A stretch of 64,000 nt of DNA from a virus. Lineage: Duplodnaviria > Caudoviricetes. Where the stretch lies: IMG/VR virus record IMGVR_UViG_3300032782_000002, one strand, 5' to 3'. The notes under the pieces were generated by a model. The model had not been told where the DNA came from. It saw only the letters and a list, made by a program, of their open reading frames with translations, and did no database searches. Of this stretch, positions 46,334 through 56,127 are shown one piece after another (position 1 is the first letter of the stretch; each line of letters opens with the position of its first letter). The translations under genes were made by a program, and so were the position numbers.

Positions 46334-46737
46334 GTCTTGGCCTTTCGTATCTCGAAGAGCGTGTTGAGAGCTTGTACGATGAGCCGTGCGTAGCCCTCCT
46401 CGTGCTCGGAAACGGATGCGATGGCGTCGTCGTTGGCGTCGTGAATGCGCCACCGGCTCGCGCCTTTGGAGCCAGCACCGAGGATGAACTCGCAGCCGAA
46501 CGGAGCGCGGAGGCGCCGCATCACCGCGATGTCCTGCTTGGTGGGCTTGTTGCGGAGCATGCCGCTCATGATGAGGTCGAACTTCAGCTTGTCGGATGCC
46601 TGCGTACCGGCCATCGCGAGCTGGGTTAGCTCGTCCACCTTGTGCTGCAGGTACTCGGCGTGGGCTTCCAGCTCCTCGATGCGGGTGCGCTGGGCGTGGT
46701 CGTACTGCCCGATGATCTCCAGTAGCGCCTTGCTCAT
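46330..46737 (-). CDS. Hypothetical protein
   Basis: ATGA overlaps. Confidence 0.55.
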   Translation of the reverse strand: MSKALLEIIGQYDHAQRTRIEELEAHAEYLQHKVDELTQLAMAGTQASDKLKFDLIMSGMLRNKPTKQDIAVMRRLRAPFGCEFILGAGSKGASRWRIHDANDDAIASVSEHEEGYARLIVQALNTLFEIRKAKT

Positions 46738-47240
46738 GCGGGGTCCCTCAGGGCGACGCAGAGGCCACACGCGCACTCACTCGCGTGTCCTTGCGTCGCC
46801 TCGCGAATGGCGGTGGTCAGCTTGCTGATCTTGGCGGCGGCCTGCTCTTCGACGTACGCCAGCCGGCGCACCTCGACGTAGCCCACGATGGCGCAGTCGG
46901 GGTCGTCCTCGTACTTGGCGCGGATGTCGGCCTCCGCACCCCACTCGAAGTGGCCGCCCATCGGGCCGCTCAGGAGCCACACGCGTACCGGCTCGCTCCG
47001 GTCGTAGCCGTGGAAGATCCGGATGAAGTGATCGCGCTCGAACTTCAGGTTGCTGATTGCCTTGCGGACCGCATCCATCGTGTAGGCCCCGCCGTACGGC
47101 GCGACGCCCAGCTCGGCGGCCGCGTGACTCCAGGCGTCGCGCTCCTCGCGGTTGGCCTGTTCGAGGGCCTCGAAGTCGCTGGCGAGCTGCTGGAGCAACG
47201 TCTTGGTCGTGGGCATCGGAGTGGGAGTCAGGATGGTCAT
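46734..47240 (-). CDS. Hypothetical protein
   Basis: ATGA overlaps. Confidence 0.55.
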   Translation of the reverse strand: MTILTPTPMPTTKTLLQQLASDFEALEQANREERDAWSHAAAELGVAPYGGAYTMDAVRKAISNLKFERDHFIRIFHGYDRSEPVRVWLLSGPMGGHFEWGAEADIRAKYEDDPDCAIVGYVEVRRLAYVEEQAAAKISKLTTAIREATQGHASECACGLCVALRDPA

Positions 47241-47496
47241 GAACGGGGGCCTCGCGTGAGCAGCGTGCCGAGCGCGCCGGTGATGCTCTGGATGACATGC
47301 TTGTGGGTCTCGCCACCCGGCCAAAGGGGACCGAAGGTGTAGAGCCACCAGGCACGCAGCAGATGGCCGCTCACCCAGACGCGCCCGGCTAGCCAGGGCT
47401 TGCACGGCTGCGCGGTAGCGGTGGTGGCGGGCTGGTTGGTCATCGGGGAGCGCTTCTGGTGTCGGGGGAGTGGCGGCTATCGAGGGCTGGTGGTGG

Positions 47497-47742
47497 CTAT
47501 TGAGGGCTATTGCCCTTCCCCTCCGGGGACGAGGGAGATCCACGTCTGCTCCTACTCGTCTTGCTGGTGGGTTTGCCACGCCCCCGGTGGCGCCGCTGCG
47601 CCACGGCCTCGTGCAGCAGCTTGCCGATGACGGCGCTCTGGCTTGGCTCGAAGCCCGTCTCGGCGAGGATCTGCTTGCCGATGGCGTGGATCTCGTCCTG
47701 AAGCTCGACGGGGATCTTGGCTGCTACATAGACCTTGCGCAT
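47497..47742 (-). CDS. Putative RHH DNA-binding protein
   Basis: VYVAAKIPVELQDEI...SQSAVIGKLLHEAV. Confidence 0.5.
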   Translation of the reverse strand: MRKVYVAAKIPVELQDEIHAIGKQILAETGFEPSQSAVIGKLLHEAVAQRRHRGRGKPTSKTSRSRRGSPSSPEGKGNSPQ

Positions 47743-47775
47743 CGGGTGTACACCCTACACGAGACCAACAACTTA

Positions 47776-48206
47776 GTCCACCAGGCTGCTTTGACGCAGT
47801 GCGGCTGGTGGACGGTGGACGGCTGTGGACGCCGATCTGGGGGGTGCTGGAATATTAGCAGAAAGGATGGGACCCCATGAATGGGTGGACGATCGTGGAT
47901 CACCTAGAATTCCCCGCACGCGGACGCGGAGTGCAAGAGCACTTGCACTATGATCCGCAATACGGCCGGAGGCCGGATCAGGCGTCCACCGGCGTCCACC
48001 GTCCACCTGCTGGCGGGCTCAGCCGTATGGGCTTTCGGCGGAATGTTGAATGAATCCCGGCTCTTGACGCACTTTCGCCGGATCGGCTGGTTGTGTAGCG
48101 GTGGACACCTCCAACTTTTTTTCGAGTTGGGGGTTTGGGGCGCCCGTTTGATGTAGTGTGCAGGCTTATTACGTGTAGCTTGCAAGTCGGGGGTTGGTGT
48201 CCACCG
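47776..48206. repeat. Putative replication origin with GTGGAC iterons in direct and inverted orientation
   Basis: Ten GTGGAC/GTCCAC copies; 27-bp inverted repeat 47807-47833 / 47981-48007; non-coding; just downstream of the D5-type helicase. Confidence 0.6.
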
Positions 48207-48486
48207 AGAGGCTGTTGTTGCTGCTCGCGTGCGCAGTGGTTCGAGCGCTCAGCAGCGCCGGAGATAGCGGGGCCAGAGCAGGGCGGATACGGCGATCGAG
48301 CGCCACGAGGGGCGGTCGCCGGGTGCTGCGCCCTGGCCGTAGCAGGCCGCGATGAGCGCGCCGAACGGAATGCCGGCCAGGTACACGACGCCGCCGAGGA
48401 GTAGGAGGGTTCGCATACCGGATCAACTCCGGCCGCAGGCTTGCTGGCCGAATAATTCGACAGGGGGTGGTCGAAAAGCCGCTCGT

Positions 48487-50355
48487 CTAGAGCTTGCTGC
48501 CGTCGGGATCGCCGTCGTCTTCGGGCGGCGCGTCTTCGTCGTCGATGACCGGCGACTCGCGCTCGATGGGCTTCTTGACGGTCTTGGGCCGCGAGATGGC
48601 GATGACGTTGCTGTCCTTCTCGGGCCGTGCCTGAGCGACGCCCGGCGAGCCGGCGATGCGGTCGCGGCGTGTTCTGGGTTTGGGCGGGGGTGGTGCTTCG
48701 GGCTCTGTCTCGGTCTCGGCCGGCGGCGGCACGGAGGCACCCGGCTTGGTGCCCGGCTTGATCAGCTCGGGCTCGTCGTCGTCGCCGTCCACCACGCTGT
48801 TGTGCAGCCCGCGCAGCGGCTTGGGCTCTTCCCACTTGCCGTCCTTGACGACGACCATGCCGAGGCCGATCCAGCCGCGTGCGCGATCGACCTTCGGGCC
48901 GACGCGGCCTCGAACGGCGCCGTTGGCCACCAGCTTCTCGGCCAGATCCTTCTCGCGGAAGGTGTAGGTGAGGTTGTTGTCCTCGCACCACTTCTTGACG
49001 GCGCTGGCCAGCGTGGCGCTCTTGGTCTGGAACCCCTTGCCGAACCGGCACATCTCCTCGAAGAACTTGCCGATGATGTCCTCGTTGCGACGGTAGTCGT
49101 CGGTGGCGGCCTTGATCGCGTCGGGCTTGGCGATGCCGTCTTTCTGCCACTTGAGGCAGCCCTCGACCGCCCACGCCAGGATGCCGGACAGCTCCTGCTT
49201 GAACTTGGCGCGCAGGTGGGGATCCACCTTGCCATCGGGGATGCGGGTGTTGAAGGGGATGAGGGCGAGGCGATCCCAGAAGCTGTCGGTGTCGTCTCGC
49301 ACCTGCGGCTTGTGGTTGGCCGCGATCATCAGCTTGAAGGTGGGCTCGAACTCCCAGAAGTCCTCGTTCATGCGCCGCGCCTTGAGTCGGTCGTTGCCGG
49401 TGAGGCGCTTGAGCTGCTCCTCGTCGATGACGCGGCCCTTCTTCACTTCGCTGGAGATGGCCAGGCGGATGTTGTGCAGATCAGCGACCTCGGTGGGGTG
49501 CGCGTCGTTCTGCCGCGACATGAGCAGGCCCGGTGCGGTGCTCACGGCGTAGGGGCCGAGCAGGTCCTGCAGCGCGCCGAGGAACACGCTCTTGCCGTTG
49601 CGGCCGCCACCGTGGAGGATGCAGAACATGCGCTCGGTCACACGCCCCGTCAGGCAGTAGCCGACGTAGCGTTGGACGAAGTCGCGCACATCGTCGTCGG
49701 GGATGACCTGCTTGAGGAAGGCGTGCCACTTGGGCGCCTTGGCGTCGCGCTTGAAGTCGATGTTGGTGCGCTTCGTGATGAGGTACTTGCGGTCGGCCGG
49801 CAGCAGCTTGCCCGTACGCAGGTCCAAGACGCCGTTCTTGACGCCGAGCAGCCACGGATCGGCATCGAGCTGGTTGACGTCGATCTCGACGTTGTACTCG
49901 CCGTGCGCCGCGCGGATGATCGCGTTGCGGCGGTTGAGCGCCTGGCTGTCGTAGTACCACTTCCAGACGCCCTTGGCCTTGTCCTCGTCCTTGCCGTGCT
50001 CCTTGGCTTCGGCTTCGATGTCCTCGATGACCCGCTTGGTCATGCGCAGCATGCGGCCGCCGCTGCCGTCGCGGACCCACATGGAGCCGACCCAGACGAT
50101 GTACTTGCCCCAGGCCGCGACGTACTTGAAGTCGCTGCCGGCAAGATGGACGAGCCGCTCGGTATTGCCCTGATCGGTCAGGGCGAAACGCTTGCGCTTC
50201 TTACTGGAGGGTGTCTTGGCGCCTTTGGCAGGAGGCGGCGCCGGCTTACCCTTCGCTGCGGGTGCCTTCGGTGCGGCGGCCTTCGGCGCAGGGGTGTTCT
50301 TGCCGCCCTTCGGCGTGACACCTCCTGCAGGACCGCCGCCATTGCGCCGAGCCAT
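48487..50355 (-). CDS. D5/P4-family SF3 helicase (no recognisable primase domain)
   Basis: TDQGNTERLV and NGVLDLRTG (D5_N); Walker A GGGRNGKS; LKRLTGND; AANHKP. Confidence 0.9.
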   Translation of the reverse strand: MARRNGGGPAGGVTPKGGKNTPAPKAAAPKAPAAKGKPAPPPAKGAKTPSSKKRKRFALTDQGNTERLVHLAGSDFKYVAAWGKYIVWVGSMWVRDGSGGRMLRMTKRVIEDIEAEAKEHGKDEDKAKGVWKWYYDSQALNRRNAIIRAAHGEYNVEIDVNQLDADPWLLGVKNGVLDLRTGKLLPADRKYLITKRTNIDFKRDAKAPKWHAFLKQVIPDDDVRDFVQRYVGYCLTGRVTERMFCILHGGGRNGKSVFLGALQDLLGPYAVSTAPGLLMSRQNDAHPTEVADLHNIRLAISSEVKKGRVIDEEQLKRLTGNDRLKARRMNEDFWEFEPTFKLMIAANHKPQVRDDTDSFWDRLALIPFNTRIPDGKVDPHLRAKFKQELSGILAWAVEGCLKWQKDGIAKPDAIKAATDDYRRNEDIIGKFFEEMCRFGKGFQTKSATLASAVKKWCEDNNLTYTFREKDLAEKLVANGAVRGRVGPKVDRARGWIGLGMVVVKDGKWEEPKPLRGLHNSVVDGDDDEPELIKPGTKPGASVPPPAETETEPEAPPPPKPRTRRDRIAGSPGVAQARPEKDSNVIAISRPKTVKKPIERESPVIDDEDAPPEDDGDPDGSKL

Positions 50356-50465
50356 TCACCCTCCGGCTGAAACCTCTGCGACAACCTCGTAACGGCGAGA
50401 TTGCGCACCGCGACACCTTCGACACCCACGCGAGGGCTCCGTGATAGCTCTTGCGTGTCTGGCTA

Positions 50466-50494
50466 CTGTTATGCGACGTTAGTGGCGGGGTCAA
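50466..50494 (-). promoter_or_regulatory. Sigma70-like promoter upstream of the helicase
   Basis: TTGACC-17 nt-TAACAG. Confidence 0.4.
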
Positions 50495-50512
50495 CATCGA
50501 AGACACGACGAG

Positions 50513-50758
50513 ATGACGACTGCACGAACTACCCGCACGACGCGCACGACGCCGACGAGCATCACGTTCGACTCGCAGCGCGAACTCAAGACGGTGCAGC
50601 GCGCTGCGCGCCTCGCTGGCAAGAGCGTCTCGCGCTTCCTGCGCGATCTCGGTGTCGTCGAGGCACGTCGCCTGATCGCCGAGCACGAGGGCACGCACGT
50701 CTGCGCCGAGTGCGGCAACCGGACCGCCGCGTGCGGCAACGGGACTGCCGCAGCGTGA
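50513..50758 (+). CDS. RHH/DUF1778-like regulator with C-terminal Cys motif
   Basis: ELKTVQRAARLAGKSVSRFLRD; CAECG. Confidence 0.6.
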   Translation: MTTARTTRTTRTTPTSITFDSQRELKTVQRAARLAGKSVSRFLRDLGVVEARRLIAEHEGTHVCAECGNRTAACGNGTAAA

Positions 50759-51051
50759 TACACGAGGCGCCCGCGGACGACGTGCCGGAGCTGACGCCGG
50801 AGACGATCCGCGAGGCACTGCGCTCGGGTGGCGAGAGCGCCAACGAACTGCTGCGGGCGCTGCGGCGCGATCACCTGCGCGCGATGAACCGTGTGCGGTG
50901 GCACCAGCCGCTGCTGCGGGCATAGATCAAGGATGATCACCCTTGTCCCCGGAGGGGAAAGCGACTCATCATATCCAGGCGACCCGCGACCCACCATGCC
51001 CAGGCGCCCCATCACCCAGGCAACCTGTCACTCAGCGACCCATCATTCACC

Positions 51052-51282
51052 ATGCACTTCCCAGTACACGGCGAGCCCGGCACGGCCGACTACTTCGGGC
51101 CTCACTGGGCGAAGATCGAAGCCAAGCGGGATCGGTCCGCGAAGCTGCAAGCGCAGATCGATGCGCTGACCGCGCAGCGTGCAGCGCTGGAAGTCGAGAT
51201 CGCGACGCTCATCACGGAGGCGCGTGATTCCATCGACGCGGCGCGCGAGGCGCACATGGTCGGCGTGCTCTGGCGGAGGTAG
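51052..51282 (+). CDS. Small coiled-coil protein
   Basis: ORF in operon order. Confidence 0.5.
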   Translation: MHFPVHGEPGTADYFGPHWAKIEAKRDRSAKLQAQIDALTAQRAALEVEIATLITEARDSIDAAREAHMVGVLWRR

Positions 51283-51286
51283 TGAA

Positions 51287-51652
51287 GTGGACCGCCGCGA
51301 CTTTCTCACTCTCTGGCTCCAGGCGCTCATCCTGGCGCTCTGCCCCTGGATGCGCACAGAGCGCGGCGCCGCGGTGGCGCGGCAGGCCGCTCAGGACTGG
51401 CTGGCCGACAACGTCTTCGTCCTGCGCCCCGGGATCCCGGCGCACGGCAACGTCTTCGCCGACTGGCCATCACTCTACGCCGAACTCTCGGCGACCGCGG
51501 GGTCGAAGACCGTCGTGATCGATGATGGAGTAGCGGGGGTATTCGTGCCTGCGGGAGCGTACGATCTGACCGACACGACGCTCGTGTCTGGCGGCGACGG
51601 CCAGCTACTCGTGCCAGCCTCGGAAGAGATCGCGCTCAGCTTCGGGCGTTGA
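51287..51652 (+). CDS. Hypothetical protein with twin-arginine-like N-terminus
   Basis: GGAGG RBS; DRRDFL followed by hydrophobic stretch. Confidence 0.5.
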   Translation: MDRRDFLTLWLQALILALCPWMRTERGAAVARQAAQDWLADNVFVLRPGIPAHGNVFADWPSLYAELSATAGSKTVVIDDGVAGVFVPAGAYDLTDTTLVSGGDGQLLVPASEEIALSFGR

Positions 51653-51689
51653 GCAACGATGGCCGTGCGCAGATACGCGGCGGCCCGAC

Positions 51690-51872
51690 CTACTCGATGA
51701 CGATCCCCAGCTTTGCGGCGGCGGCCCGCAGCTGCGCGCGATCGTAGGCCGCCTTCATGGTGTCGATCCCGCGCTCGACGGCGCGGCGGATCGTGCGGGG
51801 ATCGAGCGCGGCCTCCCCAGCTAGCCGGTACACCTCCCAGCGCGAGAGCTTCACGACGCGTCGTTTGGTCAT
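51690..51872 (-). CDS. Small HTH-like protein, LDPRT paralogue 2
   Basis: LAGEAALDPRTIRRAVERGID. Confidence 0.7.
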   Translation of the reverse strand: MTKRRVVKLSRWEVYRLAGEAALDPRTIRRAVERGIDTMKAAYDRAQLRAAAAKLGIVIE

Positions 51873-51903
51873 GAGGCAGTCCTAGCACACCGCCCCGGTG
51901 CGG

Positions 51904-51932
51904 TTGACATGTTGTGCAAGATGCCGTACAGC
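51904..51932 (+). promoter_or_regulatory. Sigma70-like promoter, probably leaderless
   Basis: TTGACA-17 nt-TACAGC; ATG follows after 7 nt. Confidence 0.5.
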
Positions 51933-51939
51933 ATCTCGC

Positions 51940-54018
51940 ATGCTCGATCACTTCCCCGCGTTCGCGAAGCTGGTGGCCACGTCCTTCAAGGATCTGACCA
52001 AGACCCCCACGGTGTTCGTGGTCGACGTGGCTGGCGACACGCTCTGGGCGGAGTACCTCGCGGCCTTCCCCGATGGCTCCAACCCCCTCTACAAGAAGAG
52101 CACGGAGCACGACTGCTCCTGCTGCCGCCACTTCATCCGCCGTGCGGGCCTCGTCGTCACCGTGGGCGAGAACGAAGAGCTGCGCACGATCTGGGACAAG
52201 GCGGCCGACAGCGCACCGGGGGTCTATGGCGCGGTGGCGACTCGCCTTCGCGATCTCGTCCGCCGCGGAGCGATCGGCGACCTGTTCCGGGTGGGCCCGA
52301 AGGAAACGAGCTTTGGTACGGAGCGCTCGCGGGCGCTCGACAAGGACACCGGCCGCGCGCTCACATGGGATCACTTCTACACGGGCCCCATCTCGAAGGC
52401 GCTGCAGTCGCCGGCCCCGGATACCGCGCGCGGCGACTACCGTACGACGGTGCAGGTCTTCGAGCGCGGCCTCGTCGAGCTGACGCCGGATGCGGTGGAG
52501 ACGGTGCTGTCGCTCATCGACAGCAACAACCTGTACCGCGGGCAGGAGCACAAGCCGGCCGTGGTCGGCTTCATGAAGGCGCAGCGTGCGTTCCTCTCGA
52601 AGCCCCCGGGGCGCGCTCGCAGCATGTACGCGTGGGCGAACGCCGACAACCCCGCCGCGCGGTTCCGCAACACCGTCATCGGTACGCTCGTGCAGGATCT
52701 GTCCGAGGGACAGGACATCGAGCACGCGGTCAAGAGCTTCGAGACGAAGGTCGCGCCCCAGAACTACAAGCGCACGACTGCCCTCATCACCCCCGGGATG
52801 GTCAAGAAGGCCATGGAGACCATCGAGGCGCTCGGCCTGGAGCCCGCTCTGGAGCGGCGCTTCGCGACGATCGCGGACGTCTCTGTCAACGACGTCAAGT
52901 GGGTCGACGGCACCGTCAGGCCCCTGATGAAGGGTGGCCTCGGCGAGGAGTTGATGCAGCACGCGGTCGCCGCGGTGAGCAAGAACACCAAGAGCGACGA
53001 GCTGCGCGCCGAGGACATCGGCCTCGACGACTTCGTCGCCCGGGTGCTGCCCGAGACCACCAGCCTGGAGCTTCTCTTCAAGAACGAACACGCCGGCAAC
53101 CTGATGTCGCTGACGGCCCCCTGCCACCCCGAGCCCAAGCAGCTGTTCCGGTGGACCAACGACTTCGCGTGGTCCTACGGCGGCAACGTCGCCGACTCGA
53201 TCAAGGAACGCGTCAAGAAGGCGGGTGGTCGCGTGGAGGGCGCGCTGCGCGTGTCGCTCTCGTGGTTCAACTACGACGATCTCGATCTGCACGTCCACGA
53301 GCCTGCCGGACGGGGAGCGCGCGGGCTGGAGCACATCTACTTCCGCAACCGGCGCGGCTGGACGGGCGGCGAACTCGACGTCGACATGAACGCGGGACGC
53401 GGCCAGACCCGCACGCCGGTCGAGAACGTCGTGTGGACGAAGATGCCGCCCGACGGGGCGTACCGCGTGGTCGTCAACAACTACTGCTACCGCGAGTCCT
53501 CGGACCCCGGGTTTGTGGTGGAGGTCGAGTGCGCCGGCAAGCTGTCGCACTTCTCGTACAACAAGCCCGTCCGGAACACGCAGGACATCGAGGTCGCCAC
53601 CATCCACGTCGACGACGGCCGGGTGGACCGCATCGAGATCGGCAGCCCCGCCGTGACGGCATCCAACGTCTCCCAGGAGCGGTGGGGGCTCAAGACCGAG
53701 CAGTACGTCAAGATCAGCGCCGTCATGCTCAGCCCCAACTACTGGGGCGACAACGCCGTGGGCAACAAGCACACGTTCTTCGTCGTCGAGGGGTGCAAGA
53801 ACGATGAGCCCACCCGCGGCTTCTACAACGAGTTCCTGCACCCGCGCCTCGAAGCGCACCGCAAGGTCTTCGAGGTCATCGGCGACAAGACCAAGTGCCG
53901 CCCCACCGAGGGGCAGCTCTCGGGGCTCGGGTTCTCGTCGACCCGTCACGAGTCGTTCGTGGTCCGCGCCCACCAGGGCAAGAGGCAGCGCGTGTTCAAC
54001 GTTCGAGTCGGCAGCTAG
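51940..54018 (+). CDS. Large phage protein with YfaP/DUF2135-like domain (692 aa)
   Basis: HDCSCCRHF; LRVSLSW...DLDLHVHEP...LDVDMN...PVENV. Confidence 0.7.
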   Translation: MLDHFPAFAKLVATSFKDLTKTPTVFVVDVAGDTLWAEYLAAFPDGSNPLYKKSTEHDCSCCRHFIRRAGLVVTVGENEELRTIWDKAADSAPGVYGAVATRLRDLVRRGAIGDLFRVGPKETSFGTERSRALDKDTGRALTWDHFYTGPISKALQSPAPDTARGDYRTTVQVFERGLVELTPDAVETVLSLIDSNNLYRGQEHKPAVVGFMKAQRAFLSKPPGRARSMYAWANADNPAARFRNTVIGTLVQDLSEGQDIEHAVKSFETKVAPQNYKRTTALITPGMVKKAMETIEALGLEPALERRFATIADVSVNDVKWVDGTVRPLMKGGLGEELMQHAVAAVSKNTKSDELRAEDIGLDDFVARVLPETTSLELLFKNEHAGNLMSLTAPCHPEPKQLFRWTNDFAWSYGGNVADSIKERVKKAGGRVEGALRVSLSWFNYDDLDLHVHEPAGRGARGLEHIYFRNRRGWTGGELDVDMNAGRGQTRTPVENVVWTKMPPDGAYRVVVNNYCYRESSDPGFVVEVECAGKLSHFSYNKPVRNTQDIEVATIHVDDGRVDRIEIGSPAVTASNVSQERWGLKTEQYVKISAVMLSPNYWGDNAVGNKHTFFVVEGCKNDEPTRGFYNEFLHPRLEAHRKVFEVIGDKTKCRPTEGQLSGLGFSSTRHESFVVRAHQGKRQRVFNVRVGS

Positions 54019-54041
54019 AGAAGGCAGCTGGGAAGACACCG

Positions 54042-54088
54042 CCTCAGGAGAGACCTCAGGAGAGACCTCAGGAGAGAACCAGGAGAGA
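54042..54088 (+). repeat. 12-bp tandem repeat CCTCAGGAGAGA (3 copies plus one variant) ahead of an ATG
   Basis: Read directly from the sequence. Confidence 0.85.
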
Positions 54089-54090
54089 AC

Positions 54091-54498
54091 ATGTCCCCGA
54101 ACATCTTTCAGTACGCCACCCGCAACAAGCTCCGCTTCCAGTCCGTCAAGGGGGAGCTGAACGTCGAGCAGCTCTGGGACGTGCCCCTGCGTTCCAAGGA
54201 CGACTTCAACCTCAACGCCGTGGCCAAGGCGGCCAACAAGGCGTGGAAGGAAGTCTCCGAGGAGAGCTTCGTCGAGACCGCGCGCACGCCCGAGCACACG
54301 CGCCGCGAGACCGTGCTCGAAGTCGTCAAGTACGTCATCGAGACCAAGCTGGCCGAGGAAGAGGCCAGCAAGACGCGCGCGGCGCGCAAGCTGGAGAAGG
54401 AGAAGCTGCTCAAGATCCTCGCTGAGAAGCAGGACGGCAAGCTCTCGGATCTGTCCGAGCGCGAGCTGAAGAAGCGCATCGAGGATCTCGAAGACTGA
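54091..54498 (+). CDS. Phage hypothetical protein, partner of the upstream gene
   Basis: IFQYATRNKLRFQSVKGELNVEQLWDVPL; coiled-coil C-terminus. Confidence 0.75.
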   Translation: MSPNIFQYATRNKLRFQSVKGELNVEQLWDVPLRSKDDFNLNAVAKAANKAWKEVSEESFVETARTPEHTRRETVLEVVKYVIETKLAEEEASKTRAARKLEKEKLLKILAEKQDGKLSDLSERELKKRIEDLED

Positions 54499-54576
54499 TC
54501 GAGGAGTCGCCACGGCGCCCGCGCGATCGGGTATCGTTGGATCGCGCAGGCGCCTCTCGGCCCCGATTACCCCGTC

Positions 54577-54756
54577 ATGAAGACGAAGAAGACCGACATC
54601 GACGGCGTGACCATCCGGCGGCTCGCGGCGGCAGCGGGCCTCGATCCCCGGACAGTCAAGCGCGCCGTCAACCACGGCATCGACTCGCTCAAGGCGGAAG
54701 TCGATCGCGAACGACTGCGCGAGGCGGCGACCAAGCTCGACGTACGGCTCCGGTGA
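54577..54756 (+). CDS. Small HTH-like protein, LDPRT paralogue 3 (59 aa, not in the ORF track)
   Basis: MKTKKTDIDGVTIRRLAAAAGLDPRTVKRAVNHGIDSLKAEVDRERLREAATKLDVRLR. Confidence 0.7.
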   Translation: MKTKKTDIDGVTIRRLAAAAGLDPRTVKRAVNHGIDSLKAEVDRERLREAATKLDVRLR

Positions 54757-55094
54757 AAGTCGAGCCGAGCGGGTACGGGTGCGGCGACGGCTACGGCCCC
54801 GAGGCGCACGGTAACGGCGGCGAGCCGGTCGTCGCCGGGGACATGCTGATCGTCGCGGTGGCCTACAAGCCCGGGACGGACAACCTCATCGTGTCGGACA
54901 CGAGCGACAACGTCTACACGTTCACGCAGTCCCTCTCGCAGAGCGGCAAGACGGTCGCCTTCTACTACGCCATCGCGTGCCGGAGTGGCCTGGTCACGGC
55001 CGCCGCGACGTACGGCGAGCGTCACGGACGGGCGCCGTTCCTACCGTCGTCCGACGTCATCGGCGTGCGCGTGGCGTGCATCGACCTCACGTAG
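54753..55094 (+). CDS. Hypothetical protein
   Basis: GTGA overlap. Confidence 0.5.
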   Translation: MKVEPSGYGCGDGYGPEAHGNGGEPVVAGDMLIVAVAYKPGTDNLIVSDTSDNVYTFTQSLSQSGKTVAFYYAIACRSGLVTAAATYGERHGRAPFLPSSDVIGVRVACIDLT

Positions 55095-55135
55095 CGGCTC
55101 TAGCGAACCAATCAGGATCTGATAGACCAGAGCAC

Positions 55136-56116
55136 ATGGGCATCCTCCGGATCGTGCACGGCGACCTCATTGGACTGGATCACGTCGAGGAGGCGCGCCT
55201 CGTCGAGGAGGCGGTCGGCTGGCCGATGGACATGACGATCCTCATCGATCCCGAGATCTCGATGACCCAGCTCCAGACGGACGCGCACAACGCCGTCGAC
55301 CGCCCCGGGATCGTGGTCGTGGCCCTCGATCCGGCCAACCACCACATCGCCACCCGGTTCGGGACTGCCACCGTCAAGGCCGCTGACTTCGACACCGTGG
55401 GCAAGGCCGGCAACGTGTTCTTCCACAACAAGCAGTACGTCGAGGGCTTCGAGGCGATCGGCAACGCGACGGCGGCGACGATGCGCGGCTACGCCAGTAC
55501 GCAGGTGCCCGTGGTGCCGCCGATGATGCCCGTGCCGGCGCAGATGCAGAACATGCAGAACTCCCCCGTCGCCGGGATCACCACCCTCCTCTTCATGCTC
55601 GTGGGGTTCAGCACCGTCCTCTATCTCATGTGGCGCGGTCGCAAGAACCAGGCGCGCTTCGAGAAGGTGCTCACGGACACGCAGCTCGAAGCTGCGGAGC
55701 TGCGGTCGCGCAACGTCGAGATCATGACGCTCCCGGAGGACAGCTATACGACAGCCGCGTCCGCGCCGACGCCCGCGCCCAGCTATCTGAAGTCTGCGCC
55801 GAGCCCCAGTCGCCGTCGCAGCGTGCAGTCTGCCCAGCCGCATCACAACCGCCGCGCCGTCACGCAGCCCTCGACGACTGTGATTGTGGATCCCGTCGTC
55901 GTGCCCGCACCCCTGATCATCGAGCGCGACACCAGCAGCTACACCTCGGACTACGAGAAGAGCAGCGGCTACGACGTGGGCGGCTCCGCGGTTAGCTACG
56001 ACAGCCCCAGCTACGACTCGGGCGGCAGCAGCAGCGACTACGATAGCGGCAGCTCGGGCAGCAGTGGAGGCTCCGACGGGGGCAGTGATGGGGGTGGATC
56101 CAGCGGCGACTTCTGA
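55136..56116 (+). CDS. TPM-like membrane protein with Gly/Ser-rich tail
   Basis: Single TM segment; C-terminus ...GGGSSGDF typical of TPM/DUF477 proteins. Confidence 0.55.
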   Translation: MGILRIVHGDLIGLDHVEEARLVEEAVGWPMDMTILIDPEISMTQLQTDAHNAVDRPGIVVVALDPANHHIATRFGTATVKAADFDTVGKAGNVFFHNKQYVEGFEAIGNATAATMRGYASTQVPVVPPMMPVPAQMQNMQNSPVAGITTLLFMLVGFSTVLYLMWRGRKNQARFEKVLTDTQLEAAELRSRNVEIMTLPEDSYTTAASAPTPAPSYLKSAPSPSRRRSVQSAQPHHNRRAVTQPSTTVIVDPVVVPAPLIIERDTSSYTSDYEKSSGYDVGGSAVSYDSPSYDSGGSSSDYDSGSSGSSGGSDGGSDGGGSSGDF

Positions 56117-56127
56117 GCACGAGGGGC

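Noticed and set aside
51475-54675. 1066-aa minus-strand ORF and similar long antisense ORFs (9245-11707, 17989-19875, 48352-50370, 24719-26530)
   Set aside because: Shadow frames of GC3-rich genes on the opposite strand, which carry the recognisable motifs.
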